From an uncultured Nitrososphaeraceae archaeon (GTDB lineage Archaea; Thermoproteota; Nitrososphaeria; Nitrososphaerales; Nitrososphaeraceae), in contig CAWGVG010000006.1 of NCBI GenBank assembly GCA_963825865.1, positions 1 to 64,000 on the forward strand: a stretch of 64,000 nt of DNA. Reading direction: 5' to 3'. The position numbers and the translations under genes are program-made. Position 1 is the stretch's first letter; each line of letters starts with the position of its first letter. The notes beneath the pieces were generated by a model that saw nothing but the letters and a program-made list of their open reading frames with translations, did no database searches and had not been told where the DNA came from. Below, piece after piece: positions 22,120 through 33,600 of the stretch.

Positions 22120-22490
22120 AAATCGAGGGCAGTGTATTTGCATATTTGCAAATGAAATGTACATAGTCGACATAATAATAAGATAGCGATTCAAAAAAAC
22201 AAGTGTTTTGTACAATGGTTTTTGTCCTACCTCTGAAATTGAGTGATACATATTTTACAGCATACTTTTTCCTTGACCATTAATCTTTTGAAAAGAAATA
22301 CATGGAAAAAAGCATTAGGTCTACCATAAAATTTGAAGGGGTATAAAACATACTTTATCTTTTGAATGAAGAAATAACTATGTACTGAAAAATCCTATGG
22401 CACTTATAGCAACAATGCTTTACTTATCATGTATGAAGACTGGAGAATGGACCAGTGGATATTTCAAATACAGCTAGAGTAATATATTCA
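22120..22490 (+). pseudogene. tfb: Degraded transcription initiation factor IIB (TFB) fragment
   Basis: From 22388 the sequence reads KNPMALIATMLYLSCMKTGE, then DISNTARV after an indel. This matches the second TFIIB cyclin repeat. Confidence 0.6.
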
Positions 22491-23505
22491 GATCTAATAC
22501 AAAACAAATGTAACCCTTATTTTTAAAATATAATATTGTTGGTGCTTGGCGATTCTGAACATGTGTGAACCTAATATTACAGCCTTTGCCGTTAAAGAGG
22601 TTCCATAGTGTCAGTTTTGTTAACTACGCCGCCAAGCACCGACGTTATGCGATAGTTACTGGTCGCATAATATAGCAGTGTAAGTAATTATATAAAAAGA
22701 TTTATATTATATAATAAACATATATTACAGTGTAACTGATTACAATTATTCAACATATTAGTGTTAATTAATCAAATATATTTAATTAATATAAATAGTG
22801 GGCATTGCAATCGAGGAAAGTATAGGTGCAAATGAAAATATACAGAATCATGTTTTATGCCATATGGCAGGAATATAACGTATCTGAGTCCCGTAGGAGC
22901 AGTAAAGATGAAGGAGTCTAAAGAAGATGATTATGGCGATAAGGAGGAGGATTCTGGTACAGAAGGAGACAAAAACAGGAAGAAGAAATCTCGGAAATAA
23001 CAACAAATTCTGTCTTGAACTAATGTTGAACTTGAGTAAGAGATATTTTATTTATTTCCTATATTATCGATGGCAAGTTTAATGTTTGTAGTAAATTGAT
23101 AAATTCATTTTTAGTGGTCCTTTGATACAATAATTAGGAATAAAGGTTTACAATAAAAATTCAATAAACAATATTCAATCATTGTTCATAATTAGTCTAT
23201 CCTACTTTCGAAGTGAGATTCCACATTTTAGACACTTTAGGATTAGGCTAAACGAATAGAATCATCAAAAGATTGAATTTACGATTGCTGGACCAGACAA
23301 TTATAAATGATACTCAATTCTGTACAAATTGTTTTCTTCTCCTAGGAGCCACATATCGAAGTCGCAACCGTGAGCGTGGGCAAGCCTTTTTCTTTTTTTT
23401 GATTTATAAAAATATATAATTCATATTTATATTTATATATACATACACACCTATCAATCAGTTCCGCTAGGTATAAGTGAGCCTTAAGTCTACTATTATT
23501 TACAC

Positions 23506-24120
23506 GTGCCAAAGAAAATGAGAACGACAGCATTTGGAATAACTGCAGCATTATTGATCACAGGCGTTATTCTTGTAGCCTCATATCACAGAAATACTCT
23601 AGCATTTTCGCCACCTTTTTCTTCCCAAGGTATATTCGGATCTAACAAGCAGTATGTCTTTGGAAGTATTGACAGCATACAGAATGATAAAAGTGGCAAA
23701 CCTGAGTGGATCCTATCAGGCTTCTGGAAGACAAATCTGATAAATCAGTCTCAAACCAATAGTCAAAATGCTTCAGCAGGAGCGGTATTCAATACTTCAT
23801 TTAAGATGATTATGACAAATGGCTCAGGTATGCATACACACACAATAACAGACTTTGTTTTGAAGAATAAATCAATGCCGAGCAACACAACAACAGTATT
23901 TAATGGAACAGCTTCGGCGAGTATGAGAGAAGGAATTGTCACAAATATACCAATCAGTATAAAAGTCATGAACAATAGTGTCATAAGCATATGGCTTGAT
24001 CCAGCAAATATAAAGAATCACTTCGGGGACACACCGATATTTGGTGTAATCTTTAAACGCGACATTGGAGCCCTACATAAGGGCATGCCTATGGTTAATA
24101 AAACACATATATCTACATAA
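23506..24120 (+). CDS. Secreted hypothetical protein
   Basis: Signal peptide, then GSIDSIQND...WILSGFW and H-T-H...NHFGDTPIFG. Confidence 0.75.
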   Translation: MPKKMRTTAFGITAALLITGVILVASYHRNTLAFSPPFSSQGIFGSNKQYVFGSIDSIQNDKSGKPEWILSGFWKTNLINQSQTNSQNASAGAVFNTSFKMIMTNGSGMHTHTITDFVLKNKSMPSNTTTVFNGTASASMREGIVTNIPISIKVMNNSVISIWLDPANIKNHFGDTPIFGVIFKRDIGALHKGMPMVNKTHIST

Positions 24121-24199
24121 ATTAATGACACAGCAGACTCACAATAGGATAGAAAAAGAAATTTTTTCTTCACTTTTTATTACATATGCCTCTTAGATT

Positions 24200-25243
24200 T
24201 TGTTTCACCTGACACTGACACTTAATTTTTATATATATGCGGGATTACATTCTTGGAATATGTCAAAGAGACATTTTCTAATAACTTCTATGAGCGTAAG
24301 TAGTAGTATCTTAGCTTTAGTTTTGCTTTGCTTGATTACAACAAGTAAAACTCCAACTGCTTATGCAGCAGAACAATATTCTTTGGTTGGAAAATGGGGT
24401 TCAATTGGTTCTGGTTACGGCAAATTCTCCCAACCATTAGAAGTAGTAATAGATTCTTTAGGTAATGTGTATGTTAACGACTTTAATGGCCTAGCTAATG
24501 ACGTACAAAAATTTACAAATAATGGCACTTTTATAACTTCATGGGGAAACTTGGGTTTTGGTAATGGAAGGTTCACTAACCCTGCTGGTATGGCAATAGA
24601 TTCATCGGACAATGTATATGTTGGGGATTTTGGTAATGCACAGAATGCTATACAAAAATTTACAAATAATGGCACTTTTATAACTTCATGGGGTTCCACT
24701 GGATTGGGTGACGGCCAATTCGTAAATCCAGGTGGTATTGCAGTAGATTCTTCAGGTAATGTATACGTTGGCGATTTTGGAGAGAATAATCGTATTCAGA
24801 AATTCGACAGCAATGGAAACTTCATTACCAAGTGGGGAACTCCTGGAACTGGTAATGGCCAATTCATAACTCCTGCAGACATAGCCTTAGATAGAGCAGG
24901 TAATTTGTATGTGGTTGATGCAGGAAACGATCGCATACAAAAGTTTGACAGCAATGGAAACTTCATTACCAAGTGGGGAACGACAGGATCAAACGATGGC
25001 CAGTTTTCTAGGGTTATTGGTATAGCAATAGATTCTTCAGGCAACATATATGCAGCTGACAATAGTAACAATCGGGTACAAAAGTTTGACAGCAATGGAA
25101 ACTTCGTTACCAAGTGGTCTGTAAATAGCCCCGCTGGTGTTGCAGTAGACTCTGCTGGCAAGGTCTATGTAGTAGATCAAAACGATGGCAGCATACAGGT
25201 TTATAGCGTGGCATCATCGTCGCCGCCAAATGTTCCTAAATGA
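24200..25243 (+). CDS. Secreted NHL-repeat (six-bladed beta-propeller) protein; start probably ~24259
   Basis: Six repeats of GQF..P.GIAVDSSGNVYV.D..NNRIQKFDSNGNFITKWG after a signal peptide ending AYA. Confidence 0.92.
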   Translation: MFHLTLTLNFYIYAGLHSWNMSKRHFLITSMSVSSSILALVLLCLITTSKTPTAYAAEQYSLVGKWGSIGSGYGKFSQPLEVVIDSLGNVYVNDFNGLANDVQKFTNNGTFITSWGNLGFGNGRFTNPAGMAIDSSDNVYVGDFGNAQNAIQKFTNNGTFITSWGSTGLGDGQFVNPGGIAVDSSGNVYVGDFGENNRIQKFDSNGNFITKWGTPGTGNGQFITPADIALDRAGNLYVVDAGNDRIQKFDSNGNFITKWGTTGSNDGQFSRVIGIAIDSSGNIYAADNSNNRVQKFDSNGNFVTKWSVNSPAGVAVDSAGKVYVVDQNDGSIQVYSVASSSPPNVPK

Positions 25244-25726
25244 CATAACAAATTACAAGATCGGAGGTAAATTAGTTCCATTCGTATCAGTAACTGTTTT
25301 TTGGTTATTGACGGATCTTTACAACAAAATCTGTGGGGTTGTTATTTAAAATTTTTTAAATTGTTCTATAGTTTACCAAATTATAACCAATTTTAAGAAC
25401 AGATATCGTTTCAACTCCATTGGGCCATTGTGATATCATTGCTTTTTAATGGGTTTCATAAACAATATGATGAAAAATAAAAGAATGTGACTTGTCTTAA
25501 TAAGAGGTAAAAGAGTTACTCCAATGATCTTGTTAGTTATTTTTCTGAAGTATTATGGGGTTATCATTTCTATACCGTTACAATCGTATTACCAATAAAC
25601 AATAACGTATGAATACAGAAAAACAATTAGTTTGATATTTGTGATATAATAAGATAAAACAAATAATAAACTTCCCTTATATTGATAAAATTAAAAAGAT
25701 TATTAATTAAGGCTTGATTTTATTTG

Positions 25727-25993
25727 CTACTTTGATATATTTCCGCTGCCAGATGTCATATTACTGCCATGTGATGTCGTACTGCCAGTAGCAGATGATG
25801 ATGATGTTGGCATATTAGGACCAAAAGTAGAGGTAAGGTTTGGTGATGTTTTACCCGTAGTAGGAGGGTTTAGATCCTGAGCTGAAGCAAAATCTAATGT
25901 CGTTGTTACTGTTATTGCTATTATAAGAACTGCTGCTAGAATAGCTATGGTTATTGCTATTGCGGTTGTTAATACTTGCTCTTTTTTATGCAT
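25727..25993 (-). CDS. Small secreted Ser/Thr-rich protein
   Basis: Hydrophobic leader ending ASAQ, then a low-complexity S/T/G tail. Confidence 0.65.
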   Translation of the reverse strand: MHKKEQVLTTAIAITIAILAAVLIIAITVTTTLDFASAQDLNPPTTGKTSPNLTSTFGPNMPTSSSSATGSTTSHGSNMTSGSGNISK

Positions 25994-26269
25994 GTAAAGA
26001 CTTTCAATTGTCTTATTTATAAGACGTTCGAATTTTATATTGGAGTAATAAAGAAAATAGTAGTAGTCATGCCAGAGGGAAAAGGAAAAAAGAATTCAAG
26101 ATAATTTAGAAATCTCATCAGAGCTACTTTAAATGCATCATTGTGAAGGTGAATTGAGAGATAAACCATAATATTCAATCTTTCAATTAACATCAGAACC
26201 ATCAGAAATAATAATAGTTGATGAGTTTGTAATTTTTCTGACGAGATTTACGATATTTTTCACCAATTT

Positions 26270-27241
26270 TTAATTATAGTGGATTTTGATAAATGGATCA
26301 ATAGGTACTTTCATATCTCCAAAACTATCTGGGTCAATTATCTTTGCTAATATTTCTAACCCTGTTATTGTTCTAGGTCCAGGTTTGCTAAAATATGCTC
26401 CTGCATTAACTGCATAAACTTCGTTACCTTGAACAGCACGCAGTGATTTCCATCTATCGTTTATTTCTAATGTCTTTGCTTCTGTCAATGTTTTATCTGT
26501 GTCAAAACCACAAGGCATCAAGATTATTTTATCTGGATTGTATTTTATAATCTCATCAATATACATGCGACGTGACAGCTGTCCGCGAGAACTTAGACCG
26601 TTAATTCCTCCTGCAATTTCTATCATTTGTGGAATCCAATGTCCAGCAGTAAAGAAAGGGTTAATCCACTCAATACAAAGTACTTTTGGTTGTTTATTAT
26701 TATTATTATTATTATTGACAATGCTACTACAGCTTCTTCTTTGTCCTGCTCTCATCCTTATGTTGTCAATACGGCTTTGCAAAGATACTACTAACTTACG
26801 GCCTTCTTGTATTCTATCAACCCTTTCTGCTATATCCATTATACTTACCAAAATATCATCTAAATCATGCGGGTCGAGTACAAGTATGTCTGGTTTGTAA
26901 CCTAATACAGAAGTAGCGCGGTTTATCTCCTTTGTAAATGGAGCACATACTTCGCATACGCCTTGAGCAATAATAATATCTGGCTTTGCTTCTTTTAACC
27001 TTTGATCGTCTATTACATATATATCCATGCCAGATTGTATTAGTTCTACAATTTTCCCATCAATTTCTTTACTATTCATTTTATTCGCATCAAAGGAAGA
27101 ATTTATCACTCTTGGTTTTCTTCTAGCGTCATCAGGATACTTGCACTCATGTGTCACGCCTACTATTTGGGAGTCTGCACCAATTTCATAAAGTATTTCT
27201 GTAGAACTAGGTAAAAATGATACTATTCTTTCTGAAGGCAC
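26270..27241 (-). CDS. btuF: Cobalamin/iron-siderophore ABC substrate-binding family protein (BtuF-like)
   Basis: RIVSFLPSSTEIL, VGVTHEC, GHWIPQMIEIAGG, PCGF and FSKPGPR motifs. No signal peptide is visible. Confidence 0.8.
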   Translation of the reverse strand: MPSERIVSFLPSSTEILYEIGADSQIVGVTHECKYPDDARRKPRVINSSFDANKMNSKEIDGKIVELIQSGMDIYVIDDQRLKEAKPDIIIAQGVCEVCAPFTKEINRATSVLGYKPDILVLDPHDLDDILVSIMDIAERVDRIQEGRKLVVSLQSRIDNIRMRAGQRRSCSSIVNNNNNNNKQPKVLCIEWINPFFTAGHWIPQMIEIAGGINGLSSRGQLSRRMYIDEIIKYNPDKIILMPCGFDTDKTLTEAKTLEINDRWKSLRAVQGNEVYAVNAGAYFSKPGPRTITGLEILAKIIDPDSFGDMKVPIDPFIKIHYN

Positions 27242-27563
27242 GAATATAATATAGTAATAAGAGGCTATTTTAAAGATGGGTATTTAATTATTCTTCATTA
27301 TTCTATGTTCACATCTTTATAAGCTTGATGAGTAGGCTCAGTTATTGCAAGTTTGGCTATCTTTACAGCTATAGGACAAGGTAATATCCATTATGGACTT
27401 TACCTTTGGGAAAGGTGGATGTTTTCAATCATTTGTACTGAAACGAGTATTGGCATTTTCTAATGCTAGTTATACTGCCTAACATAATTTGATACAACTG
27501 TCTAAAGATTTAGTTCAATATCAATTTAGCTTGAATATGTTATGAATATACTCCGTATTCACT

Positions 27564-27797
27564 TTGATGTCTGTTGCAGTTTTAAACGATGCTTATAGAA
27601 ATGAAAAGGATGCTAATATTCGAGAAAGGATTTTGCTGGTAAGACGTGTCAGAATGGATAAGAAAGAAGCAGCCAGTGTATCTGAGAAAGAATTTCATAG
27701 ATCTAGATGGTGGGCTTACAAATGGCTAAAGAGATTTGATAATACTGGTTTGGAAGGACTAAAGAATAAGCATAGGAGCGGTAGGCCTCCAGAAGTA
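27564..27797 (+). pseudogene. IS630-type transposase N-terminal relic, cut by the next IS
   Basis: WAYKWLKRFDNTGLEGLKNKHRSGRPP HTH ends exactly at the TA where the next element begins. Confidence 0.8.
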
Positions 27798-28958
27798 AGT
27801 GAAGTGTCTGAATTTATGTCGTTATTTGTTCATTACATAACCTAGATTTGGAAATAGTTAAAGCTTAGTAAATGAGATATTTTCATTCTGTGAATCATCC
27901 TTTCAAACTCAAACTTACCATAGGACAGAGGAACAAATTAAAGTCATTTATGAAGAATACGGGTAACAAAAAAGAATACCGCAGGCTACTGGCTATACTC
28001 CAAAAAGCTGAAGGTAGAACTTACGAAGACATAGCAAATGAACACGGAGTCAGCAGCAGGTCTGTACAGAGATGGGTTGCTGCCTATATCCAAAGTGGGA
28101 TAGATAGAATAAAGATGAAGAAACCTGGCGGAACAAAATCTGGCATAACAGATGAAAACAGAGAGATTATTCTATCAGCATTATTTAACGACCCGCACAT
28201 CTTTGGTTATCTTAGAAATACATGGAGTCTGAGATCACTTGCAAACTGTCTGACAAATGAGCTAGGAATCCCAATCAGTTTCAAGCACCTGCAGCGAATA
28301 ACAAAAGATTTAGGAGTTAGGTGCAAAAGGCCAAAACTGGAATTGCTACATGGAGGAAAGGATTATGAAGAGGGAAAAGAGAAAGTGCAAAACTACAAAC
28401 AGATAGCTTCAGCTCTGAAAAAAAGGGAGTTGTAGTAGCATTTGAAGATGAGACTATTATAACACAGAAACCTTGTATTCGAAAATCCATGAGTTTTGAA
28501 GGTGAGCAACAAAGGATAGAACATACTGGTAGTAGAAAGAAGTTCTCTGCATACATATCCATGGTATGGCCTGAAGAGAAATTAATGACGTATGATTTCT
28601 ATGATAAAATGGATTCTACGAATACTATCGACCATCTAGAGAATCTCAAGACAAACATTATGAAAAATGATTGGTGGAAAAGACTGGTACTCATATGGGA
28701 TAACGCTTCATATCATGTAAGCCTAATGGTACGGAATTATATCAATGCACAGAAAGAAGACTGGCTGACCATAATCCACCTTCCAAAGAAAGCACCATAC
28801 CTAAATCCGAATGAAAGGAAAGTAAACCAGCAAATAAAGTCAGATGTATGTGCGAATAGATTCTATGAACATATGGAAGACCAGAAAGCTGCAGTATCAG
28901 AATATTTGGACAAACGATTTGGAAGATGGTATGACGACATTAGTTATGACACTTGACT
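27798..28958 (+). mobile_element. IS630-family element, copy 1 (two ORFs joined by -1 frameshift)
   Basis: Imperfect TIR AGTGAAGTGTC / GACACTTGACT flanked by TA. ORFs 27872..28435 and ~28420..28956 carry FEDET, WDNASYH and APYLNPNE. Confidence 0.9.
27872..28956 (+). CDS. IS630 transposase (programmed -1 frameshift at A7G, 28418..28425)
   Basis: The HTH ORF ends just after the slippery site A AAA AAG. The DDE domain is in the -1 frame. Confidence 0.82.
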
Positions 28959-28960
28959 TA

Positions 28961-29715
28961 GCACCATTTGCTGATGAGAAGGGAATTGCTTTACTTTATA
29001 CAAGAGGCTTTCTGACAGATTACGTATCAGTTCTGTCTGAAAAGTCAGCTAAAGAAGGATGCAATATTGCTATCTTAACTGACTTTGATGACTCTGGCTT
29101 GGCCATTGCAAGGGAAGCGCCAGACGCCTATAGAATAGGTATAGATTTTGAAACGCTAGAAGATTTGGGGTTGGATATTGAAGATGTAGAGGAAGAATAC
29201 AATCCAGGAAACCACTTAAAGACACTGCAGCTTGCGGCAAACATGCAAGCGTATATTCAAAAGAAATTGTAAAATATGTTGAATACAAGCGTGTAGAGAT
29301 TAACAGCGTCGTAGAGGCACTGAACGATAATTCTAGATTCTGGAAATGGATTATCAAGAAGTTAAGGGATCATTTTACTAGCCGAGATTACAACCGTGCC
29401 GTTGATATTCCAGAGTATGTGATGCCTGAATGTCTCGAATCTTTTAATGAGAAAGTAAAAGAAAAAGGAGTTGCAATATTAAAAGGGCGGCGTTTGAAAC
29501 TCCAGGACCGTCTCTCTGATATTGGCCCTGGATTTCTATTTGATCGAACTGATAAGGTATTATTGAAAAAAGGAGATGATGACGTTATGACAATCAGTAA
29601 ATACGAGCAAACGCTGGCTGATCAGTCACGACATATTATCGAATCCGATGAGACTATGAAACCAATCTTGGATAAAATTGAAGATTTGGATAACGAGTTG
29701 ATAAAAAATGACTAA
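28961..29715 (+). pseudogene. C-terminal TOPRIM fragment of topoisomerase VI-A-like protein (paralog of 50342..51409)
   Basis: GIALLYTRGFLTDY...IAILTDFDDSGLAIA, RVEINSV and RDYNRAV match GVALVNTIGHLTEY...VAIFTDYDASGIKIA, RVEIDAV and RNYNRVI. Cut by IS630 and frameshifted. Confidence 0.8.
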
Positions 29716-30007
29716 TGATATAACAAATGCAGCAGGATTAGGAAATTGTGAGACGCCTAATTGTGGCAATCCTCTAAAACCATCTTACTATCTTATTTAT
29801 CCTCTTACTAAATATGTTGGAGAATACATTATAGCTAAATGCAGAACGCTAGAAGACGAAACAAAAAATGAGCCAAAAATTGCCGAGTTAGTTAAAGTCA
29901 AAGTGCGTACAGCATTAGATCCAGAACATATTCTTGTTGATAGGAGCAGTGGCGCGGAGGTAACGATAGAGCAGTATGCTGAGGATAGCGCAAGAATTGG
30001 GTGTTAA
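29708..30007 (+). CDS. Hypothetical protein
   Basis: 99-aa ORF overlapping the stop of the TOPRIM gene. Confidence 0.55.
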   Translation: MTNDITNAAGLGNCETPNCGNPLKPSYYLIYPLTKYVGEYIIAKCRTLEDETKNEPKIAELVKVKVRTALDPEHILVDRSSGAEVTIEQYAEDSARIGC

Positions 30008-30640
30008 GAATTGCAATAAATTTATCAGTCTGTGAGTAAATATACGTAATGTCTGTAATATCTAAATGGGCGCAAATAATAACAAGTTAGTAATCCAAGA
30101 TCGAAGGCAAAAGATATGGACTCTTTTAACTAGAGGAATGAAAGGTTATGAAATTGCCAGAGTTAAACACTACACCAGCGACTATAAGCCGAGATATTCA
30201 GTATTTAACATCACAGTCTCAGAATTTTTTAAATGATCTGGCTAAAGAAACGCTTCCTTTCATGTATAAGAGTTGTATTGACGGCATAAGAGAAGTGTTA
30301 AAGGAGTGTTGGAATATTTATGAGTCTACCGACGACGAGCAGCAGCAAGTAAGCTATTTCCAAAGATTAGCGGCGCTCAAATTGGCCAAAGAATGTAATG
30401 AAGCACAGTTCAAATTATTGTCAGAAGGTCCGTCGATTATGTATGTGCAGAATTTGGAAGAGAAACTGATACAGATTGAAGAGATACAACAGCAACGGCA
30501 ACAACCACCGCAGGTAAACCAAATATCTCGATAGGTAGTATAGTATTATTCTACCTTGAAGACAGATACTTACGTTAAAAATATGGTAAAAAGACTTGAC
30601 AACCTTCTACGTGGATTCTCACCTTCTAGTTCAAAGTGGG
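29979..30640. repeat. Inverted duplication, copy A (partner ~45300..46996, which carries IS481 copy 3)
   Basis: Near-identical from 29979 to ~30470, then diverging. Represents the empty site for the IS481 insertion at 45854. Confidence 0.9.
30066..30534 (+). pseudogene. HTH protein, terminase-small-subunit-like architecture; frameshift at ~30160
   Basis: ATG 30066 gives MGANNNKLVIQDRRQKIWTLLTRGMKGYEIA, then ELNTTPATISRDIQYL (HTH) and helical LAALKLAKECNEAQFKLL in the next frame. Confidence 0.65.
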
Positions 30641-31143
30641 ACATTGCTGGCGCTGATGGTGTAGGTGGTAGTAAAACAACAATTTCTCAACAAGAATTAG
30701 AAGAGTTAGACGATATTGAAACACAGCGAAACGGTGAACCTCATAGGTTTTCCGATTACAGGGCCGCCAGGGCAAAGAAAACAGCCCCAGCAGTTGGCCT
30801 AACCTATGAAGACGTTTACGACACTATAACCCAGGAAGAGTTAGACTGGGAGTTGAGGCGGCAGCTTAAGGTAGCACCAGAACAAAGATACAAGCATGAA
30901 AAATATCACTGGTATACGCACCCTTCAAGCTGGAATATGAGGGTGCCCCATAATAGGTATGATGGTAAAGGATGCACAGGTCAAGCTTGTATCCCAGAGT
31001 GCAGATATTATCCTGAGACTGGTAGGATAGAAGATTCAGAAGTTGTACAAAAGCATAGAGAACGTGAGAAACGTTATAGAGATAATAACGGTATAGTAAA
31101 GCCGCCTCACCCAATTGTGTATTATCTAGAAGGCAATTATTAG
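30556..31143 (+). CDS. Hypothetical protein (N-terminus homologous to 44836..45388)
   Basis: MKTD...KRLDNLLRGFSPSSSKWD is shared with the minus-strand paralog. Cys cluster CTGQACIPEC. Confidence 0.7.
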   Translation: MKTDTYVKNMVKRLDNLLRGFSPSSSKWDIAGADGVGGSKTTISQQELEELDDIETQRNGEPHRFSDYRAARAKKTAPAVGLTYEDVYDTITQEELDWELRRQLKVAPEQRYKHEKYHWYTHPSSWNMRVPHNRYDGKGCTGQACIPECRYYPETGRIEDSEVVQKHREREKRYRDNNGIVKPPHPIVYYLEGNY

Positions 31144-31449
31144 TTAGTTGCGATGAGTTAGTTGGTTGCGGTGGTAGCTGTAGTAGCTGTAGCAAAATTA
31201 GTAGACGGCGATGATGTAGTTTTATTCACTCTGATTTATAGAGGAGGAATCAGATTCCAAATTTAGCTGTTTCCTATTTAGCATAGTAGTAGTAAGTATT
31301 TTGTGTTACCATCTAGTAGTAGTATTAATAATATGATAGATCATTTAGCCATGTTGTCCAAATCAATCTCATCATCTCAATTACTACAACTGCTGCTGTT
31401 GCATTAGCCGAAAGGTTGTAAAGACTTATGATGATGACTGACTAGCTAA

Positions 31450-31692
31450 CTAATGCCTTGCGATTGTTCCATCCAATAGCTTGGCACTGAAGCAATACCC
31501 CCTCGGTCTAGTCCTCAACTTTGAGTTACAGCAAGGGCATAATACCCCCTCAAATTTTATGAATAGATCGCATATCTGGCAGCGCTTTTGGCCTATGGAA
31601 TATCGTCCACCACCATTATTAGCATTACCTCCTTTTTTCTTTATGTAAGGCTTGAGAGCTTGATACCTTGAGCAGATCCCTTTACATGCCAT
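31450..31692 (-). CDS. Small Cys-rich Zn-finger protein
   Basis: CKGIC...RY..GQKRCQICDLF....G..CPCCNSKLRT.PR pattern. Confidence 0.8.
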   Translation of the reverse strand: MACKGICSRYQALKPYIKKKGGNANNGGGRYSIGQKRCQICDLFIKFEGVLCPCCNSKLRTRPRGYCFSAKLLDGTIARH

Positions 31693-31889
31693 TTATGTTA
31701 TCGTTATATCCTACCTACCTTGAATACTTACTTTTAATCTTTGAGCTACTAGGCAGATTATTATCACCATCACTAAGTTTTTTATAGGCATGTCAATAAT
31801 TTGTAAATATCAGCAGTAAAGCGTTCATGGTTATGTCATTCAACAAAACGGTCTGTTGAACATATGACCTCTTTCTTTTAAAATATCGT

Positions 31890-32536
31890 CATTACATCGA
31901 TACGGAATAACTCACTCTGATTAAAAAAGTTAATGACAATATTTTAAGATATTAACCATAGGCGTTATAAAGCGAAGATTTACAACCATTCTATTATACA
32001 TGAACAATACTAGTAGTAGAGCAACGCTAACAAGCATAACTATACTAGCTACAATACTAATTCTATCTCCAACATCTTTTAGTTATGGATTTAGAGCTGC
32101 AAACAAGGTTGCTAGTGGGTTTGGAACAGGCGCCCTTGTTTGTCCTAACGGTCTGACTTTCAATAATGAGCAAATCCAATTTGAGGTCAACAAGAGCAAA
32201 AAAGTGACAGAACAAGTAAAAAAAACGGTAGCATCTGATGATAATTGGAGTATTGGCGCACTAAATCCGCAACCATGTACAGCACATGCTAATTCCGCCT
32301 TCGGCTCTATTAATGGGGTTCATTTATCATCTAGCCTAAAAGATACCTCAATTAAAGGTTCAGAGAATCAAGACAACATTTGTCAAAGTGAAAACAGAAT
32401 CGGTAACGCTGTTAAAATTAATTATATCAGCATAACAGGACAATGTAATACAAAAGACACAATAATATCATTTACTTCTCTTGATGGCAAGAAGGGTAGT
32501 TTTAAGGGTACGATAATATGTAATTTGATAAGATAA
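31890..32536. repeat. Inverted duplication, copy B (partner 360..965)
   Basis: See 360..965. Confidence 0.9.
32000..32536 (+). CDS. Secreted hypothetical protein with several Cys
   Basis: Signal peptide and intact 178-aa frame, with a paralog at 360..851. Confidence 0.8.
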   Translation: MNNTSSRATLTSITILATILILSPTSFSYGFRAANKVASGFGTGALVCPNGLTFNNEQIQFEVNKSKKVTEQVKKTVASDDNWSIGALNPQPCTAHANSAFGSINGVHLSSSLKDTSIKGSENQDNICQSENRIGNAVKINYISITGQCNTKDTIISFTSLDGKKGSFKGTIICNLIR

Positions 32537-32740
32537 GATTGACGTGTTAATAAGTTCATATCATTACTTAACCTTCTCATAAAATTCAACTTGCTGTTAA
32601 TGCTTCTCGCCTATAATTCAAGATACCTTTGAGCATCTTCCTTTGTTAAGAATTTGTTAGCTGGACCCAAGAATGACCAGCTTTCTTCATCGTATTGCTG
32701 CACTATCATCATCGTATAGAGCAGGTTTTGGTGATAATGA

Positions 32741-33067
32741 TTATGGCGTCGTCGTTGGTCCTACTGGTGCCATAGGAGATTTTGGAACACCACAGACTTT
32801 TGATTCAGTTGTATTGATAAATTTGTCAGTAGGATCACACATTGGATTTTGTCCTGGTGATATAGTATTACTAGTAGTAGTAGAAGGCGAAGTAGGTAAT
32901 GGCAATGACGGAAGAGCAGAAGAAGGTGTTTGTTCCTCCTCTTGAGCCTGGGCCATATTAATAATCTCAATTCCTAATACTGCACTAGAAGCTACTACTA
33001 CTACAACAATAGCAAACAATGATAATACCATTCCTATAGATCTAATTATTGCATTCATAGTTTCCAT
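32741..33067 (-). CDS. Secreted Pro/Thr-rich small protein
   Basis: Leader ending AQAQ, then a CDPTDKFINTTESKVCGVPK motif. Confidence 0.7.
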   Translation of the reverse strand: METMNAIIRSIGMVLSLFAIVVVVVASSAVLGIEIINMAQAQEEEQTPSSALPSLPLPTSPSTTTSNTISPGQNPMCDPTDKFINTTESKVCGVPKSPMAPVGPTTTP

Positions 33068-33600
33068 CTACTACCATGATGATGATGATGTATATGATAC
33101 TTGTAATAATATTATGATTGCCAGCTCTTATTGCTGCCTTTGATAATTATTTTTTAGTATCGTTTCTCTTATAAAGTTACAGACAGAAAATGCATGACTA
33201 ACCATGCAAATTATTTCCACCATCACCTGCTGTAAACCGCAGGATCGGAATGAGGTTGAGACATCGCAGGAAACTAAAGTAGAGAAGAGCATATGCTCCA
33301 TATAACGCATCAGATAGCATGTGAAAAGTATTCAAAGATATTGTGTTTCTGTTATGACTTAATGCCCTTACTGAAGGTACTCCATTAATGATTTAGCAAG
33401 CGAGAGTGCTAGAACGGAACAGTCAGATGTACAAAAGAAGTCTCTACACAAGGAAAGGTTAGTAGCGTATAGACGTATGGTAGAGAATTCAGCCCCAAAT
33501 GAAAGATCAAGTCAAAAGCAATTGAAGCTTTAAAAAGGTGGTGCATATTATAATTTCCTCTTGAATATTTAATAACGTGAGCAGCTGTCTAGTATTCGTT

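Noticed and set aside
23342-23400. GC-richer patch followed by a T-run, as a possible small RNA or riboswitch
   Set aside because: No recognisable family motif or convincing stem could be supported without a covariance search.
24415-25161. Minus-strand ORFs and DNA repeats in the NHL gene
   Set aside because: They are antisense shadows and codon-level copies of NHL blades.
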